Of a stretch of DNA of 64,000 bases, positions 54,491 through 64,000 are shown in pieces. The notes beneath the pieces are model-generated. The model was not told the origin of the DNA. It saw only the letters and a program-made list of their open reading frames with translations, and ran no database searches. The translations under genes were made by a program, and so were the position numbers. Position 1 is the stretch's first letter; each line of letters starts with the position of its first letter. The stretch lies in NCBI RefSeq assembly GCF_009914755.1, contig NC_060936.1; one strand, written 5' to 3'. Source of the stretch: the human T2T-CHM13v2.0 reference genome, Homo sapiens.

Positions 54491-57400
54491 CAGCAAAGAT
54501 GTAAATGTAAGGAATAAATACAGTGAACATGAGAAAGCAAACAAATCTAACATCAAAATACAGATGAGGAGGAAATGCAATATGTGAGAAAATGCACACA
54601 AATTAGTTCAGCCATCTAAAATCCCTACAGTGGCACTACTTAGTACTCAGTCTCTTACATGAATATTATTCAGGCCTAAAACAAAATATACATTTTAATA
54701 AATTACATTGATTGAGCCATTAATTTCACGTAATATAAATCATGAAAGCAATGAAATATTTGATTTAACTTTAGAACTCTGTATTCCAGACATTATAATG
54801 GTAATATATCTGTAACTTGTCTTTGGCATAATAGATCTGTAACTTGTAATATATCCGTAAATTGTCTTTGGCATATACAGTTAAGGTTAGACTAAAATCA
54901 CTTACTTCAACTACTAAAATAAAATGCCCTTCATTTAAAAAAATAAAAATTGTCATTTTGCTATGGCATTTTATGTCTCATTCTATATGAGCACAAAGTT
55001 ATGATAGCTTTAATTATAACCCTGAAACTACATTCTTAGAGATTATTCCCAATAATCCTTTAGAGGAAAGAAAGATTTCAATCACCAAGGTTCTAGAACT
55101 GCACAAATGGATATATTATTTTCCAAATTCCTGGCTGAATAACCCAAAATTGTACAAAATTCCACCCATATTATCTAGTATCACAGAACATTTCATAGTT
55201 TTTATAAATTCATGATTACTACTGGTAGCTTAGAAAAGAGCTGGATTACACATGGGTCTCCTAATTGAGGCTACCCTTGGACCACCATAAAATTTCAGAA
55301 GGGCTAGAATGGGCAGCCCACCTACCTTTGGGTTCTGCTGCCTGAAGCAAAATAAATCTACACTTTGAATGAGGTTTGCACCTGCTGCCAATTTCATCCC
55401 CAGTGCAATTCGAAGTGCCGCAGTTAATCTATAAATCTCTATATGGACAGCCGTAGGCCCTTAAAACAGAGCTGCTGATTGATTTGATGCTGTTTTAATC
55501 CCTGCCTTGGTTGTCTTTTTAATTGGACCATACTCACCGGGTAGAGAAAGGACCTAACAAGATTCAGTTTAGCATCTAGCATGATAATGTTCAATAAACG
55601 CTAAATAATTACACAGTCTGGGACCTGGTTTCCTCTGTTGTCATTTACTCTCATGGGTACTGAAATGAGAAAGTGGGCTCCTAGGCAATTCAAAGGCAAA
55701 TACAGTTCTGAAGGCTTTAAATGCATCCATGCCTTTACATATATATATATGTTCCCTGTGACTGAAGTGTCCTTCCCCACAGATTCTCCTGGAAAACACT
55801 TACCATTTTTAAACATTACAATAAAATGTCACGTATTGTGCGAAGATACCTTAGTCTCCCCCTCCTACAGAGTTAGGGGCTGCTATCTATTTTCCCTAAC
55901 ACCACATACAAGGTTCTATTATTCTCTTTTATTGTAATTTTATGTCCATTTCTCTTTAGTTCTCCATTCTTAAGCTCCACTCTGGGACTGTGAATTTTTA
56001 GACCAGATTTTTGTATTTTTCTTTGTATCTCATTTAAACATTCAAAGAAGGTTTCTTAAATAAATGATTAAATGAATAGATGGGGCAAGATAGGAACTAC
56101 TTCCTTTGCCATCATTCAAGACAATCCCAGTTTGCTCAATTGTAGACTACATGCCAAACACAGAGCTCTTAAAAATCCGAGCTGTTTTTCACATTGATTT
56201 TACTATGGTGCAGTTTTATTTGATTTTGGATATTTCAAATATTAATTAAGATATTAGGACATCTTTTGAAAACAGAAAATATTAATTCCTTTACACTATC
56301 ACTTTAAATCTTTTCACACTACTTAAAATAAAGTTGGTTATAGCTACAATTTATGAACTAATGTAAACTGTGAGCTTAAGAAAACCCTTTTTAAACGACT
56401 GTAGTCTCAAAGAAGATTTGATAATCCTTCACAAAAACAGAATATAAATGAAGCAACAAGCAAATATTCTGTAAAGTCATCTCAATAAATAGATAATTAT
56501 TAGTGCTCCATTTCCAGTTTTGGTCAAATGTCAATTTCTCATCCTTTCTCTGACTCACACTTCCTTGAGGACTCCACCATCAAATCACTAGTTCGCCTCT
56601 CCATTTCTAGTACTTCCTCCAATACTTCCAATATATAGTAAGTAAAATTAAATAGAATAAGGAAGGAAATTCTAAGGTAAAATTTAAATCAATATTATGT
56701 TCCAATGTTTAAGAAGAGCATGTCAGGATGTAATAGTGAATAAATTTCAAGGTTTATGTCTCATATATTGAAAGGCAGACATTCAGGTCTGATGTTTGGA
56801 ATATCCAATCTATAAGACTCAATGCTATCTTCATATCCTCAGTAAAAATTTCATTGTTTATATGATATGACAATCCAATTAACAGCTGGAAGTGAAATCA
56901 AATGCATCATTTTCTAGCTCCTCTTCATCAAAAATATCAGCACATGGTTATTTTAATCAGAATTTAATTATTCGTTGTGTCTATGAATTTGAAATTTAAA
57001 TGAAATGAAAAAAGAAAAATATATCGAAGGAAGACACCATCACTCAACAATACTAAAAAGTAATTTGGATGTCAATCACTATGGAACATTATATATAGAA
57101 TCTATAATTGTATAGTGATAGTTAGAAAATATTTTTCCCTGTGTGTCATAATTTCTTTGTTCTGCATCTGTACATACAATGTAAACCTGATTTCATACTA
57201 GTGATGAGGCACAATATAGTAAAGTTCGTCCATGGGAAAAAAAAGTAATAATATACACAGTTGGATGCATCTAAACGCAGATGTTATGTATAACAATAAT
57301 ACTTGGCTTTCACTGATTAACCCCTAAGTCAACCTGGGTATGCTAATGTATCTAAAATCATTTTAAGATTCCATATCCAACAGTGTCATCAGTCATAATA

Positions 57401-58049
57401 ACATGGACTTAAGATGAGGTTTAAATTTGGTATTCATATTGAGCTGTTTGCAGAATGAATGTGCTACCTAGAAACAAACCAGCTGCTCTAAAATTCACAT
57501 AGCTTTCCTCACTGTGATTTCAAAATAGATGTACAATAGAACATAATCCATGCTCTGTTCAAAAATTTCAGTATAATATAAAATGCAAATACTTCAGAAA
57601 ATAGGAGTGAAAAGTCACCATTTAAGTGCATCTACATTTAAATTCAATTTAGTACATTTTTCTTCAATATGTATTTAGTTTTGGAATATTTGGGGGTTAA
57701 AAATGATTATAAAGTTAAAAGCCTTCAAAAAGCTTACAGTTTAGTTGAAGACATAAGTAAAAAAACACAAAGCTTTAGTAAATGGATTCATTATGAGAAA
57801 TTGCTAAAGTAGAGAAGTAACACTGCTTACAGGGGGTTGCAAGAGATCAAGGGAGGATCTGGTTGGATCAGGTAGGAATCCAAGAATGACTTCTTGGAGA
57901 ACAAAGAATTTGACATGGATTTTTTTTACATGTGTTGGTGAGGGCAGGTGCAGATTCCCAATTAAAAACACCATTCACATACTTTGTCTCTTTTGTTTTT
58001 GGAATCTCGAGGCCCTTATAATTTGAATCATACTGAATAATTTATAATA

Positions 58050-58260
58050 ATCATAGCTAAAATTCAGTGCTTACTACATATCACATACTTTGTTACATAT
58101 ATTATCTCATTTAATCCTTATATTAACTAAAAACATTTTCATAACAGAAAATTAAACTTGACTTGGAAAGGCTAAGTGGCTTGCCCAAGAACACACAGCT
58201 AGTAAATAGGGGAGTTGTGAATTACATCTGACTCCAAAATTCAGGCTATTGATTGCTATG
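58050..58260 (-). mobile_element. MIR
   Basis: aggctaagtggcttgcccaagaacacacagctagtaaat...tctgactccaaa. Confidence 0.75.
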
Positions 58261-60057
58261 TAATTGATTGCCCAACATATTTAATGCTTGTGTTTTTCCC
58301 AATCTATTCATTTTTTATTCTAGTGTTCTTCTTTATAATTATCCAGAAGTTTTTTATGTTTACACAGTTTAATGTCTTTTTGTTGTATGTGAAGTCTTCT
58401 GCTGCTTTACAATTAGGACGTTATCATCTCTTTACTGTATTTTATACCTCTTTAAAAACACCATCTAAAAGGAGTCTTATTAGAATTATAGCACTTCTTA
58501 AGGCAAAGGACAGACATCACTTTCTGTTCATACTAAAACCCACATTTTCACAAGGTAGATATAAGTTTTTAAAAGAAAAGGATGATAACAACATGTTCAA
58601 GTTCAAATCCCTGCCAAACAAAGTAACCAGCTAACAGAACTTAGACTCTAGCACCAATTGCCCGCACTTAAAAGTCTCTTGAAGCGCAACATTAAATCAG
58701 TTTGGCAAATAGACACCTCCAATGTCTGAGAGTCTTCTCCTCTACCACCAGTGGTCAGGCCCTAGAAACACTGTGCATTGTGCTGGATAATTATGCTTCA
58801 TTCTACCAGCAATATCCTAGATCCTCTAGCTGACACCTTTATACACTAGATTCTGCTCTTCTGGTAACAGAACATAATATACCTTCATAGTCAGCCCACT
58901 ACCCTCAGAGAAACTTTCTTCTCTAATGTATTTCTCCTGCCACAGGAAATATATTGCCTATCTTGCATCTTCTACTCTTCTGTTCAAATTTTAAAATGTT
59001 GGAAAAACAGCAGCTACAGTAACATACAGGTGTAAGTTTCACAAAGAAAGCTGCTTCACTTTCCCTAACCCAAGTGTTTTCTGGAATATAAATTTCACGT
59101 AAGTAAATTATCTCTTAGATTGTAGCAGATATGGCCCTAAACATAGTGACAACCAACCTCTAGTCGTAACTATCATTTGATTCCTAGAAACCTGAGAAAA
59201 AGCTCCCTTAGACTTAATGCTAAATAAGTCTTGGAGCAGAGAAGCCCATAAAAGAGGTATGAATTGCTCTTGAGTAGCTTATAACAACAGTATCAAATTA
59301 CATGTTTAGAGGGATGGTTTATCTAAAAAATGTATGGCTGCTTAGTCATATTCCTCTAATATTTCTGTAGACTAGATTGCTTAAGATATCAATGGGTTTT
59401 ACCGATGTCCATCCATAAGCATCACTTGTTAAGTGTCCCCACCAAAGCAAATATGTAGTGACCTGCACTGGTTTGTGAAGAGCATCCAAATCACACAGCC
59501 CACAGATCTGCAATACTGAGACTTCTTGCTTTATTCCAAAAAGAATGGCAACAACTGTGAATCCTCAGATAAAATATACTCTCTCTCTGTCCTAGTGTAC
59601 TGAACAACTCTCTGAACTTGTCCACAGCACCTCAGTACTTTAGCAATATAATTATTATACTGCAGATCTTTCCAAAATGAGTACAAGCTGAGTTTAAAGA
59701 ATGTTCTATGTTACAACTCCAGAATTTCTGGTTTTAGGTCTATAAGAAAAAAGTGGTACTCCTTCCTTCCTTCTCCCTTCTTCCTTCCTTCCCTTTCAAG
59801 TCTGGTATATGAAAACATTGTGTTATAATTCATTAGATGATTTTAAATGTCCTTGATCAACTATGCTGTAGTAGGACCACAACTAAATTTGAAAGATAAA
59901 GTAGAAAAAATGAGAGAATTATGTACTATTGTAATGAACAATAACAGGGAGGCAGTGTATATAGTACATATTCTAATTTCCAGACAGGCTTGGTTTAGAT
60001 GCCATTTTATCCTAGTTCTCTGGACCTGAGAAGGTTAGCTAAGCTTTCTAAGTTTAA

Positions 60058-60557
<500 letters not shown>

Positions 60558-61479
60558 TTAATTCTGTGGAGAAAGCCTAAATGTCCCACAGTGTTTGTTC
60601 TCCTCACAATCTTTTCTGAAATCAAATCTATTTTGGACATTTTTCTTGTTTCCAAAACCCCACTACTTTCAATGATTACATCAGGGGAAAATTGCCTGCT
60701 GACATATTGAGCAACAGCTATTCATTTTGTTTCTTGTGATTACCTTATTTACTCACTTTATATTATAGAAAAATTTTACTTACTACCATGTCATTTTAAC
60801 AGAAATCTATTTTTAATGCTACTAAAGTGACTGCCAGAAGTCATACTGTAAACTTATTTGATGCCCATATCAGTAGCAAATTCTCTAAAAGTCATTTTTA
60901 ACACCCAGGCATTTTTAATTCACTATTTAAGTTTCTTGTTCACTGACCACACCGATTCTATTCAATACTGACTTCTTGTTATTCTTCAGTTTGCTTGGCA
61001 ACTAGGAATTTGTTCTGATTTTCTTCTCCTGACATGCTTGGCTGATTTTCTTCTAGTCTTTTCACTGGTGTGCTCAGCCTCCTTTCCTAATCCTTATTTG
61101 ACCAAGAATCTTAACAACCAAAGCACATTCAAATTTCCTCCTTCTCCTTATAGTAATTTCATAAGCTAATCCAACTATTGATTTTATTGCTAAGACATGT
61201 TTTATAATATTTTGTGTTTCATCAAATAAGCTTTGTCCGAACTCATTATAGGGCAATAAAAATCTTGTAACCAGATAGATTTGTTTTCTCAACATATGAT
61301 TTTAAGGTTTCAGCTATATCATTCTAGTGCTCTGGAGAGTGCAAAGATGGATAATCTGAGATCTGTGACCCCAAGGAACTTCTTAATTATTCAAGGACTG
61401 GTGATACGAATAGATAACTAACTATGATATATTGTAGAAGTTGTTTAGTGCCATAACAAAGAAAACAATAACAGTAACA

Positions 61480-61700
61480 ATAATGATAGTAGCTAAATTC
61501 TTAAGTGCTTACTACAGACTGCAAAGCACTGTGCTAAGTGTTTTATATGCATTATCCTCTTTAGTCTTCATAAAAGGCCTGTTCGGGTAGGTATTAGTTT
61601 TATTTTTATTTTATAAATGAGAATACAGAGCTTGCTTGGAGCAATAAGGTGCTTTGTCCAAAGTCACATAGCTAGAAAGTAACAAGGCCAGACCTTCAGT
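61480..61700 (-). mobile_element. MIR nested in L2 relic (L2 about 61330-62130)
   Basis: ctaagtgttttatatgcattatcctctttagtcttca...tttgtccaaagtcacatagctagaaagt. Confidence 0.75.
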
Positions 61701-62279
61701 GCTTTAAAATATACAACCTGTAAACGAAAATCTCATGAAGCTTAAGGAGCTCAAAGAGATGAGGACTGACTGAAGGTTCTGGGAAAGCATTACATGGGAA
61801 ACAGGCCGAACAGGTGGCTCTTGACAGACAGGGAGGGTTTTTAACAGAAAAGGGTAAAGACGGGGAAGAACACTGCAGCTGGAGAAAACACAGGTGCACA
61901 AGATAAAAGCATGGGGTATAAAAAGGCCCTCAAGTATTTGAGCTGGCAGATGGTGATGACTAAAAGAGAACAGTAAGAAATAATTACTGGACGCTAAACA
62001 GTAGCGTCCAGACTACAACAGAATTTTATTTTGTAGGCAATAAATAGCTGCTTCCAGCTGTAGAAGAAAAGGTGGCGTGAAAAATTGAGTTGATTTTTAG
62101 GAAAACTAATCTAACAGTAATGTGTAGATGAGGAGAGATTAACATTCCTTGACAAAATGGGCTTCTCATGTTAGAAAGTTAGCATTCCTCTCTCTTTTTA
62201 ATCCCTCTTTCCTCCTTTATTTCTTTTCCATTCGAGTTAGATTATTACTGACAGTTGAGACAGGAGTCTGTGCAACACT

Positions 62280-62360
62280 GAGAGAAGGAAGAGGAGAAAG
62301 AGGAGAAGAATGAGAAGGCGGCGGAAGAGGAGGAGAAGGAGGAGGAGGAGGAGGAGGGAT
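62280..62360. repeat. (GGA)n/GA-rich low-complexity tract
   Basis: Directly visible; explains the poly-Pro ORF 62217..62528. Confidence 0.85.
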
Positions 62361-63089
62361 GTTGACAACAAAGAAAAACAGAAAGAAACTTGAGTGCTTA
62401 TTACCTGTCAAGCACTGTGCTAAGTAACGTATACATGCAGCATAAGGAAGTACTAAGGACAGAAGAGGAATCATCGGGAAGTTTACAACAAAATCACAAG
62501 ATTTGAATCCCTTTAAGGCAGGAACCATGTCTCATTCACTTTACACATCCAAGCCCCTGTGATTTTGTGAATTAAACTGTCTTGAATAGAAGGTCTAAAG
62601 TATAACGGAGAAAATGATGGAGAAAGAAGGGTAGATTTGTACTCCAATTTTGGGCTCCATAGTGAATCAATATTTGAGCCAAGAGGAAGAAACACTTTAG
62701 ATAACTTAGGTTCTTAACCTAGGCAACTGGGAAGGTGGTGATGAGATTAATAGATATAAGAGAGCCTCTTACCTTTAGGTATTTTGTTATTCTTGTTCGC
62801 CTGGGTTTTGTTTTTTTTTTTTTTTTATGGCAAAGAAGAAGATAGAAGTAAAAAGTCAAAATATAAAGGCAAGGACCATCTTAGGAAACAAAATGTACTC
62901 TATTGATGGTGATCATAAACCAAATAAACACTCTTCACCTCAAATCTGTTTAACGACCGCCACTTACATGGTAAACCCGTGGGTCTAATTCATCAATCAC
63001 CCTCAACATCCAAAACAAAATGACTGGCACAAAATTGGTCTCCAATGAATATCTGTTAAGGAATGCATCATTGATCTATAGTGTGTCTC

Positions 63090-64000
63090 AATCTAACATG
63101 CAAAACATTCAGAGACCTGACAATGCTGAATATTCAAGGTATTCCAGAATGGCAATCTTGCAGTATCTCTTATTGTCTCTTCAAGTGCTTGCCCCATTTC
63201 CATCCTCAGCACATTACTTCACCAGCAACCTCACAGATAAACATTCAGGTCATCAGGAGAGAATGTCCTCAGATTTCCCATCCACAGACAAATATACAGC
63301 TAAATCTATCCTTAAGTCTTTCTTCCTCCAAAACCAGGAATCCAGGAGTCACCATAGACTCCTCCCTCCCTTCTTCTCACTCCCCACATTTATCCGGGGC
63401 CAGGTCACCTGGATTCTTCTTTCTTAAAAGTTCTCATTTCTGTCCTCCCATCTCTATCCCCATTGCTCTGCAGGTGCCCCAAACTGGGCACTAAATAGCT
63501 CTTGTTTGGATTAGTGCAATAGCCTCATAATGACAACACTGTCTCCAGTTTGGTGCACTTTCAGACCATTATCAGAATAACTTTTTATAAAATCTAATCT
63601 CCATTCCTTCTGCCCCCACCAATCCTCCCCATTCTCTCTTCCTCTCTCTTAATTTTGCTATTGGTGGCACACCATTGTTTTCACTGGCCATCAAGGCACC
63701 ACATCCTCATTAAAGCTTTCATCATGGCCCTCTGCTTTTACCAAACTGCACATTGATGTACCCACTGCAACTTCTAGTAGTAATATCACTTGTTGAGACT
63801 CTACTAAAGGCCATGTCTTTCACGTGTGCCTCCTTGCTGCCACATGTGCTATTCTCGGCCCAGAAAGCCCCTTCCCACTTTCTTTGCTTAACTCTTCTAC
63901 TCACCTCCCACTCAGATCACACAAAACTCCTTCAGAAAATTTTCTTTGAGACTCTCTCAGTCTCATTTAGATGAGCCCTGTAGAACCTGTGTTTCATTTT
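63090..64000 (+). mobile_element. L2 fragments
   Basis: ccaggaatccaggagtcaccatagactcctccct, tgcaatagcctcataa, ttctcggcccagaaagccccttccc. Confidence 0.65.

Noticed and set aside
63020-63494. Two overlapping ~135-aa ORFs
   Set aside because: Lie in pyrimidine-rich L2-derived sequence; no domain or exon support.

Overview
AT-rich primate, almost certainly human, genomic DNA (Alu subfamilies J/S/Y including a Ya5-type copy, L1PA, L1M, L2, MIR, MaLR, MER elements). The whole window appears to lie inside NELL2, transcribed on the minus strand. Only two coding exons are present (53537-53659 and 49858-49953; both phase 1-1 and EGF-like); the rest is intron dominated by transposon relics. Nearly all long ORFs in the track are L1/Alu or low-complexity artefacts. 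I see no new multi-gene system. The most interesting signals are structural: (1) a 226-bp inverted duplication plus inversion that splits a MER20 and forms a ~650-nt hairpin (28192-28843); (2) an Alu+L1 composite inside a single TSD (19206-20471); (3) a twin-primed L1 with an internal jump and a possible 3' transduction (36226-37054); (4) a 5'-intact L1PA7/8 lacking most of ORF1; (5) two inverted Alus 10 kb apart that share a rare 3-bp insertion; (6) candidate microexons upstream of the first EGF exon; (7) a young AluYa5-type insertion that forms an inverted pair around the two exons. Subfamily names and the boundaries of ancient repeats come from recalled consensus sequences and are approximate.
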